Assembly (NCBI GenBank): GCA_020137815.1
Contig: CM035354.1
Location: 7,378,001 to 7,442,000, forward strand
From: Hormiphora californensis
Taxonomy: Eukaryota > Animalia > Ctenophora
Direction of reading: 5' to 3'
DNA length: 64,000 nucleotides
The translations under genes and the position numbers were made by a program. The notes under the pieces were generated by a model. That model did no database searches and was not told where the DNA came from. It saw only the letters and a list, made by a program, of their open reading frames with translations. Positions 37,903 to 49,563 of the stretch are shown here, piece after piece. Numbering within the stretch: position 1 is the first letter of the stretch; every line of letters begins with the position of its first letter.

Positions 37903-38660
37903 ATTTTATTATGCCTATAAGTTGTACCTGAAAACTTATAACACGAGACCGAAGGTCGAGTGTTATAAGTGCAACAATAATGATCCGAGACCACAGGTCG
38001 AGGCAGATTCTTGTACTTTGGTGCACGAGCCTGCGAGTGCCACTAAGTGTAACTACCTCACGAGCCTGCGAGTGATGTAGTTTTACTTTTTGACCGAGCT
38101 TGCGAGGTCTAAAAGTGTAAGAATCTGGGACATTATTGTTGACGTCAGGTACAACGAAAATAGGCATAATAAAATTGCATTGTAAAATTTTTAAAACAAG
38201 AGTGAGATACACTTTAGGGCGTAACAATAGAACGAATTCATGATAAGGTAGCAGGCAGAGAAATCAGTATAAGATAAGATAACGCCTGAGATAGGTAAAG
38301 AGAGTGAGAGATTAGTAAGAGTGAGAGAGAAAGAATGTGTGGGTCCGGGAGTTCGTAACTGTTATCTTGATGTCGGTGCTGCAATGGCGTGAGAGTGTGA
38401 CATAAAGAAAGAGAGAGAGAGGGGGGGAGTTCGTACACGCTTATCTTTCCAACGGTTTTAAGTGTGACAGAAACAGTGGAGTAAGGAGTTCGAAGTGCAG
38501 CAGTGTTATAAGTTTTCATGTATCACTGGGGGGTGTTATAAGTGAAAACTTATAACACTGGGGGGTGTTATAAGTGAAAACTTATAACACTGGGGGGTGT
38601 TATAAGTTGTACAAGCAGTGCTACCTAAAGAATTATATTATATCTCAAAATTTTACAATG
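37903..38660. mobile_element. Multi-hairpin structured repeat, probably a non-autonomous element of unclear class
   Basis: Outer inverted repeat 37903-37931 / 38145-38175 encloses hairpins capped by CGAGACCGAAGGTCGAG or CACGAGCCTGCGAGTG; 32-bp hairpin unit x3 at 38524-38607. Confidence 0.45.
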
Positions 38661-39298
38661 GTGTGTTAGAAGGTTGTTATGTGCTTTCAGCATTCTGATT
38701 CCATATTGATTGCCAGAAAACTACTTTCTTGAATCTTGATCTTTGGATAATAAAATGATATCTATGCTACACAGTGCCCTCAAGTGTGATTGATTGAATC
38801 CATTTATTAGACAATAGACATATTAGACTTTATCGTGAAGTCTTTGTGATGGTCTGTAGTTGAGTGCTCCATTTGTTCTCTCGTGTTCTATTATAGTGTT
38901 CCAGAATGTTCTCGAGAACCACTGGACCAACCATTTTATATAACACTGGTGTCATTTTTCAAAACAAGTTGACATATTAATCTCTTCAGCAACAGGTTGT
39001 GATATTAATCTCTTCAGTCACTCCTTTTGTTGCGTGATCTTCTCTCTGTGTGTACATTCGTGTACGCCCATTAATTATACTGATAGATAGAGGAAGATAG
39101 CGATAGAGAAAGAGAGATGAGAGATAGAGAGAGATAGAGGGAGAAAAAAAGAGAGATAGAGAGAGAGAGCACATGAGCGATGTCACGAGTTGTGTAACCA
39201 CGTGGTGTCCTAATATTGCAGTAGCGTGGACACGTGACAATCACGTGCTGGCGATGAGAGAGAGAGAGTCATACAATGCGTGTGATCTCACCACTATT

Positions 39299-39385
<87 letters not shown>

Positions 39386-39978
39386 CCTTTCTCTCTCTAT
39401 CTTCCTGTGTCATGCATATATCCCTCTCTCTCTACTCCCTTCCCAACCCGTTGCCCTCCCTCTATTCGTTTTTCTTCATGTTTTGAGGTTATCTCGAATT
39501 ATATTTCTTTTCTGGTCAGGCCACAGCTTGTTACCCCCTACTCGGCCACTCTTTTTCTTTCAATCCTGCCTCACCTCTCCTGCTTCTCCTTTTGAAGTAT
39601 TTTGTTGTTTCCCCGCTATCAGTTGTGATCTCTCGGTAAGATTTGCCAATCTAATCGATTGATTTGCTCGACACTTTGTCCAGCAATCCACGCCTGAACA
39701 ATTCAACCAATAACAATGAATCTGATAATAACAATAATAGCCATTTCCTTCCTGTTCTCCCCCCTCTATCTCTACCTCTCTATATATATATATATATATC
39801 TCTCTCTCTCTCTCCCTCTTTCCCTCAATTCTCGCTTTTCCTCTTGCTTCACCTTCTCTCTCCCGGATTTCTCCTTCGCTGTAATTCGCCTCTTCCCTAT
39901 CCCTAGCGCTTTATTCCCTCGGCTTCTCCGTTCTCGAGAAGAGAATTCTCTTACCACACACACTGAACACACCCATAC

Positions 39979-41319
39979 TAAGCCTGTCAAAACGTGTCGA
40001 TTTTTGGCCAAACCTTGAAGTCACGAGAGGCAAGCCAATTCCGGTTGTACATGCTAGGTATAGGTCTCCTGAACATAAAAAACCAAAATGTCAGTCTCAA
40101 TTATTTGGGGGAAGGTGTGTAATTAGCCCCTAATTGATTGGTAATTGAGCAAAAGGGGAAAAAAGCTGTATCTACCCTTAGGAAAGGAGTAGAGACAAAA
40201 TTAAGGGCACCAAAGTGTTCAGCGTCCTCGCATTAGTGGGGGTAGGTGCCGGAATGAATTCTCTATCTCATCTGGTTAATTAGATAATTGGATAATTAGG
40301 TATGCGCATAGCCGTTTGCTGGCCATATGGCTATAGCCATGTTAGGAAAGGAGTAGAGACAAAACCGAGGGCACTAAAATGATCAGCGTCCTCGAATTAG
40401 TGGGGGTAGGTGCTGAAATTAAATCTCTATCTCATCCGGTTAATTAGATAATTGGATAATTAGTTTTGCGAATAACCGTTTTTAGGCTATATGGCTATAG
40501 CCACTTAGGAATGGTTCAGAGACTTTTCATTGGTGCCATTTTGTAGGCAATGGCCAAGTTAGGGGGGTCGACGTCGGACTTTTAAGCTCTATCTTCAACC
40601 GTTTAGCCGTTATTTGGCTTTTAAGGTGCTGAAAATGAGCAAAAATCGGGCTTTTTACCGTTTTTTGCTCATTTTGAGCACCTTTAAAGCCAAATAACGG
40701 CTAAACGGTTGAAGATAGAGCTTAAAAGTCCGACGTCGACCCCCCATAACTTGGCCATTGCCTACAAAATGGCACCAATGAAAAGTCTCTAAACCATTCC
40801 TAAGTGGCTATAGCCATATAGCCTAAAAACGGTTATTCGCAAAACTAATTATCCAATTATCTAATTAACCGGATGAGATAGAGATTTAATTTCAGCACCT
40901 ACCCCCACTAATTCGAGGACGCTGATCATTTTAGTGCCCTCGGTTTTGTCTCTACTCCTTTCCTAACATGGCTATAGCCATATGGCCAGCAAACGGCTAT
41001 GCACATACCTAATTATCCAATTATCTAATTAACCAGATGATATAGAGACTTCATTCCGACACCTACCCCCACTAATGCGAGGACGCTGAACACTTTGGTG
41101 CCCTTAATTTTGTCTCTACTCCTTTCCTAAGGGTAGATACAGCTTTTTTCCCCTTGTGCTCAATTACGAATCAATTAGGGGCTAATTACACACCTTCCCC
41201 CAAATAATTGAGACTGACATTTTGGTTTTTTATGTTCAGGAGACCTATACCTAGGATGTAAAACCGGAATTGGCTTGCCTCTCGTGACTTCAAGGTTGAA
41301 ACACGTTTTGACAGGCTTA
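39979..41319. mobile_element. Giant palindromic non-autonomous DNA element (1341 bp), Academ-like ends
   Basis: Ends TAAGCCTGTCAAAACGTGT / ACACGTTTTGACAGGCTTA; 3-bp TSD TAC (39976-39978 and 41320-41322); ~665-bp arms with an ~8-nt loop at ~40650-40657. Each arm has ~3 tandem ~165-bp subunits. Superfamily call is tentative (a TA-TSD reading is also possible). Confidence 0.8.
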
Positions 41320-41653
41320 TACCTTTGCTGTAAGCGGCGGAGAGTTGCGCAATCTTACAAACCACACTGTTGTCAGTCAGATGCTTGCGCGCTGACTCTT
41401 TCTGTTTAATTGTTCAAGATGGCTGGCGTGTGTGTTCGCCTGTCTCTCTGATGCTTGTTCTCTTCTCTCTCTGTGTATTGCTCTCTCTGTATCGCTCTTT
41501 CATTCTTTCTCTCTCCCAAGCTAGATGTCTTGTAACATATTTGCGTGTGGTCTCTAATTTCATTATATCTCCCAGGGAGAGTCTCCCTCTATAAACACAA
41601 TTCCTCTCATCTCACTCTGAGTGGTCTCATCTACCCAACCCCTCTCCATTTCC

Positions 41654-41810
41654 TGACGTCAGTTAGACGCCGGTGTTATGTCTAATGATGGGGTCGGTCA
41701 CGTGACTGATCACGTGTGGTGGTTAATTGGCCCCCAATTAGCGACTATCTAATTAACCCCTATCTTTTGGGCAATCTGTCAATATATAAAGGTGTGCAAG
41801 TCCATCACTC
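41654..41810 (+). promoter_or_regulatory. Candidate promoter of the PNRC-family gene
   Basis: TGACGTCA (41654-41661), GTCACGTGAC (41697-41706), second CACGTG (41711-41716) and TATATAAA (41783-41790), ~350 bp upstream of the ATG. Confidence 0.5.
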
Positions 41811-42137
41811 TACTACACGCCGTGTTTTATTTAGTGACACAGTGTTGCTGTTTCTGGTATCAGTGCTGAAAATACCTCTGATATATTTCCCCGTGCAGTG
41901 ATCTGTAGTTGTAGACTTTTCTGATATTTTGAAACTTTTTGCTATCTGTTTCTGTATCTATTTGTTTTTACTAACCCCCACACTCTGTGGTAGCCCCTTT
42001 TTAGTTCTGCTATTATTTCATTCAACTGATTACTAACCCACACTTGTTGCTCCCTATATTAATACTGATTACTAACCACCCCACTCTGTTTCCTTGTAGC
42101 TCCCTGTAGCGGGATCCTCCCCCCTTTTTCACACAAC

Positions 42138-42647
42138 ATGAATCCTCGAAAGAAGTTCAAGCAGCGGAACACCAACTCTAACTCTGAGAACGAGTGTCCC
42201 TCCTCCCCCAACACGAGGAGCAATAACAACACCCGTTCAACACAGAAGAGAAGTAATCCCTGTCCACCACAAAATACCAAATCCCCCTGCAAAAAGGAAC
42301 AACAAAACGGATCCCCTCACAAGCAGAAGCGACCCCAGGCTCTGTCGCTGAGCGAAAGCAGCAATTCTCCCCACACCCCAAATCGATCCTCGCCCACCAA
42401 CTCGAGGCGATCAACCCCTCCCAGGAGCAGACACCCCCGAAATAACAACCATCAACAACAGCCACCAATGGTATCGGATTTTGCCAGCCCAAAGTTGTCC
42501 TACACAAGCCCGAGTGCGACGGAAGTTCCACTTCCACCGACTCATTGGTTCAGTGGGAATGTAATGGCATCGGGTAGTTGTGCTCGGGAACTTTTTTCAG
42601 AAAATACCATCTCAGCTCAGCTTAAAACCATTCTGAATGTAATGTAA
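42138..42647 (+). CDS. PNRC: Proline-rich nuclear receptor coactivator (PNRC1/2-like; decapping/NMD adaptor family)
   Basis: Disordered S/P/N-rich 169 aa with FASPKLSYTSPSATEVPLPPTHWF (PNRC motif, cf. [22 protein letters not shown]) and C-terminal QLKTILNV (cf. QLKTLLKV). Confidence 0.85.
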   Translation: MNPRKKFKQRNTNSNSENECPSSPNTRSNNNTRSTQKRSNPCPPQNTKSPCKKEQQNGSPHKQKRPQALSLSESSNSPHTPNRSSPTNSRRSTPPRSRHPRNNNHQQQPPMVSDFASPKLSYTSPSATEVPLPPTHWFSGNVMASGSCARELFSENTISAQLKTILNVM

Positions 42648-45600
42648 GGAATGCACATACAGCATACTCTGGTTGTATGCGTGGGAGATGAGATGATAAT
42701 GATGATAATAGGATATATGATGATCTGATCATATTGCGTTTTATTCCATCACTACAGAGAGGTTATATAATCTTGTGTTGTTTTCATTTTCTTGTGCTAA
42801 TGTATTTTCATGTGTGTGTAACGTGTGTTGGGAATATATAAGACAGGATATATAATTAATTTACCTATCTTTTTCTTCACGCACACGTATAACACACACG
42901 TGATGGTTGTTTTCACTAGATGTATGGCAGCAATGTTTTTTTTTCGAATGAGATATGAGTCAGGAGGTGAGATAATTGCACATGATCCTGACTCTGTAAC
43001 GAACACAGAAACAGGGGGTGTGTGAATCAGTGAATCTTAGATGGTATTGTTTGTCATTATTTGGCGGTGATTTGTAAAGTCAGATATTGGAATCATGGAT
43101 ACGGAATTGTTGACAGTCTGAGAGAGAGTACTTTCTTGAGGTTGATGCTTCTTATCACCTCAAGAAATAAAATTGTACGCTGTCTCAAATTCTCCCAATT
43201 CCTTGTTCATGTTTTCGTTCATTTTCAACTTTCAATTACTGGTTGATTTGATAATTTACACTCAGAGGATTAGTTTCATCTTCTTTAGGGACTAGTCCTT
43301 ACATTTCGAGTGTTTTCCAGTAACTAAAAGTTGGAAATGAAATATTTATCTGGTTTTACTGATCGCCCTCTTAGAACCAACTAAAATTCACTGTTTCCGG
43401 AGATACCCCCGATTTGTATTTCTGTCCCCTTTTCAATATAGGGAACACCAAGATCTTGTTCCCTTTCCCCCTTTAAAACATCCCCCTTTCTAAAAACCCG
43501 GAATTGTGTACGTTTATAAACCCGTTTATGGTTCCGATAGCGTCCTTGTGTGGCGCCGAGAGATAGAGCACCCTGTTGGAGGTGCTTCTCTCCCCAATTT
43601 AACATCCCTGCAACAAAACCTTGATAGCAAATGTGTTTTATCCTGTTTTTTGTACTGTAAATTCTTCTCTCAACTATATAAATATTCTATAATTATTATA
43701 TATATATTGCATCTATAATTTCCAAAGTTGTGTTATTATTAAAGACCGTTAGTGTGTGTGTGTGGTGTGCGTGTCTCACGGGTGTATGTATGTGTGTGTG
43801 AGTTGTCCCTGACGTCCCTATCCTTCTTTTAAATAGAAGGGATGTCAGTAGGGGACGGCTATAGTTCGTGTTTCTGTTGTACTTGTACATATTACTGTAA
43901 CATCTCTCTCAGAATGTTTTTGACTTGATCGTTTGTGTGTGTGTCTAATCTGTGAGATGAGTCCTGCGATGTGTTACCTCCCTCTTTTCTACAAGAATTT
44001 GAGAGATCCACCACAAATGTTTCAGATACGGGGGATATTAATAAAAACCCGGATTGCAGTATTTGCTGGTGGATTTATATTGCATCCTCTCTGTTCTTGT
44101 ATGACGTATGGAGAGAAATTACTTCTCCCGCTAGGCTGTGTGTATGTATGTTTGTTTGTGTATGTTTCTGTCAGTTTGGTAATGTCTCATTCATCCATTC
44201 ATTTTCCATTCAATCATTCCCTAGTTTAGTATCGTAATTATCAACCGAAATATCGCTTTAAAATTTCAATTTAAAATTCGAGACATTACCATTCTTTGTT
44301 TTTATCACTCTTACCCACTCTCCTCTTTTTTACGGTGTGTTTCACACCAAATGAACCATGGTAGTAATAGTAGTAAATTTATTGGGAACCGTTAAAAGGC
44401 CCCCGCCCCCTCTTCCACTAGCCCCCTTTTTGCTGTTCAGTGTATTGTAATGATGCAAAGATATAACTTTCTGTGAGTTTTGGTCTGTTTTCTGGTTGGT
44501 CGAATATTTAACTTATTTTTCCGATCAGAAAATGGGCCAGCACCACATGAAGTTTCATTTGAGCGTTATGATTATATGCCAGTTACCCATGAGTTTTAGT
44601 GGGAATTTTACCTCTACATTTTATCGAACAAGTTTTCTTTGTGGTAGAGGGTGCGTCTTTTGGTTCTCTTTCTCTAACTTATTCGATGTGCGTGAGGTAT
44701 ATTCTGTGGTTATGTGTGTCTATGTGTGGGGGCTAAATTAAGGGAGTGTTTGTGTCAAAGGGGTTACTCAACCTCTCCCTGTCTAACCCTCCCTCTCCAT
44801 ATTTATCTCCCTCATCTAGCCACACCACATGTATCTCAACGCGGCTGAGAATTGGTTTTTACGGGGCATAACCGTTGATCGGTGTAATTCTGTCCCAGTG
44901 TATATAATGTTGCATTTTGTACCAATATTTCTCATGACAACACCTAATTTGGTCAGTGTTGGGGGCGGGGCTGGGTGTTTGTGGGTGGGTGTGTCTGTCG
45001 GTTTTACTGCCTTGGTTTACCTCTACAAGGCACCGACACATTCACAAAACACACTTACTCATAGACACTCATATTGTGTACAGGGTGGGGCAAAATAAAG
45101 TGACACGGTATACAAATGTGCACTATATTTTGAAACACTCTGTACACAACCCGCCTCCATTGCTAGCATTTTGTTATTGTTGTGGGTGGGCAATGTGCGA
45201 CAAACCCCCTATATAATTATTGAATCAGTACGGTGTGATTGTATGGTGTATTCTTCTACCTCATCTACGAGAGAAAGTGTGATTAAAATTGTTGGTCCAC
45301 CAATGTGAGATGAGCCTCTATTTTAATCACAACTTCTCTATGGGAGGTTGAAGAATACACGATATATCTACCAAGTTTGATGTTATATATTAATTGATAT
45401 GATTATAATAGTAGAACCAGAGAGAAAGAACCAGAGAGAATGATCTGTGGAAATATATGTGTGAGGAGAGAGAGCTGAGATAGTGATAAATCTAATTGTA
45501 TTGTATGTGCATGAGTGTAAAACGGTCAGTGCGAGATGGATAAGGTTTTTTGTATTCAAAATTACACGATCCAATGAGAGAGAAATGTGATCAGGTGTTG

Positions 45601-46600
45601 TATGTAGTGTGGGTGTGAGACATGACCCCATATATCACATATCATATCGGTCATTAAGTTTCAGAATCTTTGAAACTATTTAACTTTAATTTTTCTGAAC
45701 ATTACGATTGAAATGAAGATATTATTAAAATGTGCGTGTAACATCAGAAATAATAATTCACAAGAAGGATGAGAGAGAAGGAAAAGAGAGAGTTGTATGC
45801 AAATCTGATGTGACGATGTTTTATTTCTAATGTCCAATGCCACACAATCCTCATTTCCTCCTTTTCATCTTGTCCATTGTACACAGTGTACAAGATAGAA
45901 GTCGATTTGGGGCCGTGTGGTATTTCCAGGATCTACCGATTTAGGCGCCGCAAGTGAGCAGACTAGAGAGGATCAGAGTTATTATTATTTTGAATTATAT
46001 CCCAACATCTGCCCCACAATTTGATGACGATTTGTAGCACCACCTTTCTTACCCAATCTCTCTATATTCCTCCCCCAATATGTATACTATTGTTTACTGA
46101 CGTGCATATATATGAACCTTATGACGTGCAAGAGAAGTCGTTATTAGAGAAGAATTAAAGAGAGAAACAGGTTTAAAATGGTTTGCAATTTTATGACAGG
46201 TTTTGTTGTGTCCATACTGTGTTTGTACACAATTCCATTTCTTTTTTCCCCAAAAACAAACAAACAACGCGTTTATCTTTGTTCTCAACTTGTGGCCCAG
46301 CAGAAGTTGCCATGCTACGCAGTCTGTCTATCGGCACTTAAGCGCCTTCGGGCTCGCGTAAGCTCGCACCGGGCCTTCGGCCCGGTGTGAGAGCTGACAG
46401 ACAAGGAACATGTCAAAGCAGAAGCTGGCAGGATTGTTGCTCGGATAAATTGGAGACAACAAAACGTGTCCTAATTTCAAAGGATGGGTTGGGTTTCACT
46501 CGGCTACTGCGCGGACAGATTACCACCATTCCGCCGCGCAACTCCCAAATGCTGCCCATGTGTACTTTACTTTGAAGGCCGGTTACAGCGCGCACCCCCA

Positions 46601-48080
46601 CACGGCGTGCCCGAGGGTAGTTTAACATTTGTTTGAGTGAACACCTCCAATTCCGGTTGTAACTGGTCGGGAAGACCTCCCTGAAGGTCGTGGCGGTGCG
46701 GGAAAAATAGGGTAGACCTGCTGCGGCTTCAGAAAATTGAGAAAAAGATAGCTATCTTTTTTTTCACTTTGAAAATAAGAAATTTTCACAGACCCCGCCT
46801 TGTTCTACAAGATGTGGTTGTCCCCGACCTATTTTTGCACGTGGAATCGAATGCCGCTGGAGTCAAATCTTTAAAATGTAGGGAAAACGGAGAAAATCGC
46901 GTTTTTAGGTGTTTTTTGATGAAAAAACCGTCCAAACTGGTGTAGTTGATGAGATAAAGTCCCAAAAATATCACAAATCGATTTTTTGGGTCCTTTTCGC
47001 CCTAGAAGCAGAGTTTTATGAAAATCCGGTTCAACGCCTATTCTCCGCTTCCTTTCAAAGAAAGTGAATATTGCTCTAATTTAGCCAATTTTGAAGAAAA
47101 GCCGTCCAAAACGATACTAGCTGACAAGATAGAGTCCCAAAAACTTAAAAAATGTCATTTTCAGGCCTTTTCTACCCTAGAAACAAATTTGCTTGGTGAT
47201 AAGCCATCTCGGTAGGCCTCTGAAGTAGGTGGAAAAGCCATGATATAGCTATTGTGGCAAATTAATGTGAATAAACGCTTACCAAACCTACTTTAGCATC
47301 ATGTATGACCTATCTCTGAAACTGTGAAGTTGAAGAGTGGCTCTTGCATAGTCCAGCAGTCCAGAGATAGGTCATACATGATGCTAAAGTAGGTTTGGTA
47401 AGCGTTTATTCACATTAATTTGCCACAATAGCTATATCATGGCTTTTTCCACCTACTTCAGAGGCCTACCGAGATTGCTTATCACCAAGCAAATTTGTTT
47501 CTAGGGTAGAAAAGGCCTAAAAATGACATTTTTTAAGTTTTTGGGACTCTATCCTGTCAGCTAGTATCGTTTTGGACGGTTTTTCTTCAAAATTGGCTAA
47601 ATTAGAGCAATATTCACTTTCTTTGAAAGGAAGCGGAGAATAGGCGTTGAACCGGATTTTCATAAAACTCTGCTTCTAGGGCGAAAAGGACCCAAAAAAT
47701 CGATTTGTGATATTTTTGGGACTTTATCTCATCAACTACACCAGTTTGGACGGTTTTTTCATCAAAAAACACCTAAAAACGCGATTTTCTCCGTTTTCCC
47801 TACATTTTAAAGATTTGACTCCAGCGGCATTCGATTCCACGTGCAAAAATAGGTCGAGGAAAACCACATCTTGTAGAACAAGGCGGGGTCTGTGAAAATT
47901 TCTTATTTTCAAAGTGAAAAAAAAGATAGCTATCTTTTTCTCAATTTTCTGAAGCCGCAGCAGGTCTACCCTATTTTTCCCGCACCGCCACGACCTTCAG
48001 GGAGGTCTTCCCGACCAGTTACAACCGGAATTGGAGGTGTTCACTCAAACAAATGTTAAACTACCCTCGGGCACGCCGTG
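46601..48080. mobile_element. Giant palindromic Chapaev-like non-autonomous DNA transposon (1480 bp)
   Basis: Ends CACGGCGTGCCCGAGGGTAG / CTACCCTCGGGCACGCCGTG; 4-bp TSD CCCA (46597-46600 and 48081-48084); ~720-bp near-identical arms with a ~35-40 bp spacer centred at 47340. Confidence 0.88.
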
Positions 48081-48698
48081 CCCAACAGATCCCGCCATAC
48101 ACAGCGGATTCGACCACGGATTTTCCAGTAACTTGTTGTAAGAACCTGGTGGCTGGAATAGTAACTTGGCAAAGTAAAACAGCATAGTTTTCACATAGTT
48201 AACTTAAATATATTACGTACATACACAAGCTTGTATACTAAATAGCAGAGGGACCGCATTTTAAGGTGATAAATAAGGATAGAGCATGATATAATATTGT
48301 TGAGTCCATATAAAGTAGATTAATACTGCTTTATACTAGGGAGCGGTCCGATCTAAAGTGCAGTATGATAACACACCAAACTCTAAATAACAACTGCTCT
48401 ATTAGTAGTAATAAGTAGTATCAATAAAGTACCCTTGATAGTATATGTTTTTAGACCCACTTTAAGACTGTCAAGTGTATAATAGATCCTTGCCCGACCC
48501 TCTCTCATCGCGAGGAGGGTTAGAACATAACAAATCATTGTGGGGCGATACTAAAACATACTTGACAGCAAGCCAGGTTCTGTTAAACAATACTAAACAA
48601 GGCATACCTTAATATGGTTCAGCACCGAGAAATAATGCTAAGGTTAAATTAAACACAGAGCTAAACATTCCTTCTCTTTCTCTTTGCAATATGGTGTA

Positions 48699-48773
<75 letters not shown>

Positions 48774-49563
48774 AGCTCTCTCTCAGCTCTCTCTCGCAAT
48801 GATGTGCGGTGATGAAAGGAAAAAATGTAATCCATGTCAGAATAATAATGATGTAGAATAAGATAATCTAAATATCTAAATAGTACAGCCAAGCCACGAT
48901 TTACTGCTCGGGCAATAAACAGACTTTTTGCATGGTAAATCAAGGCTTGACTGTATAGGATAAATCTTGACTTGTATAAAACACAAACGCGAATACTTTA
49001 ACATATAGCCATGTAGACATCAACACACGGTACATAGCACATTCACACTTGGAAACACATGAAACACGGATTTCTCTCCCAACTCTCTCGAAAATAATTC
49101 CATACAGTAAATCCTCGATATAACATTTCGGGTCAAGATCAGATACGAGGTGGTTTACTGTTGCAGTTATTTTCATACTTTCTCCCAATCAATCACGAGA
49201 ATTTCAGTCTCCATTTCTATCACACCTTTCTCGTGATAATACATATTTCACTTTTTCCACAACTGAGTGAATAACTTCCACCATCTCTCTTTCTCTCAAA
49301 AATCCAAGCTCCTCTCTTCAACAGATAAGAGAGGACACTGCACAACTATCCATGAGCAGGATTCCAGTCAGGGGTAATCAACAATGATCAACACATCAGG
49401 GGGTCAACTAGTCAAGACCACTATCGGTGGATATTCTTTTTTAGCAGCATGGACCGTGCACCAATAGTGTTCTTGACTAAATAGGGAGGGAATTGTCCGT
49501 GTTACAACAAGATCGTCACATCAAGGATAACAGGGAAGGGAGGCAACAGAGAACTTGTCCATG

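Noticed and set aside
46786-47895. Near-identical 62-aa ORFs on opposite strands (46786-46974 and 47707-47895); also ORFs at 79-1270
   Set aside because: Mirror images created by the palindromes; no transposase or other domain motifs.
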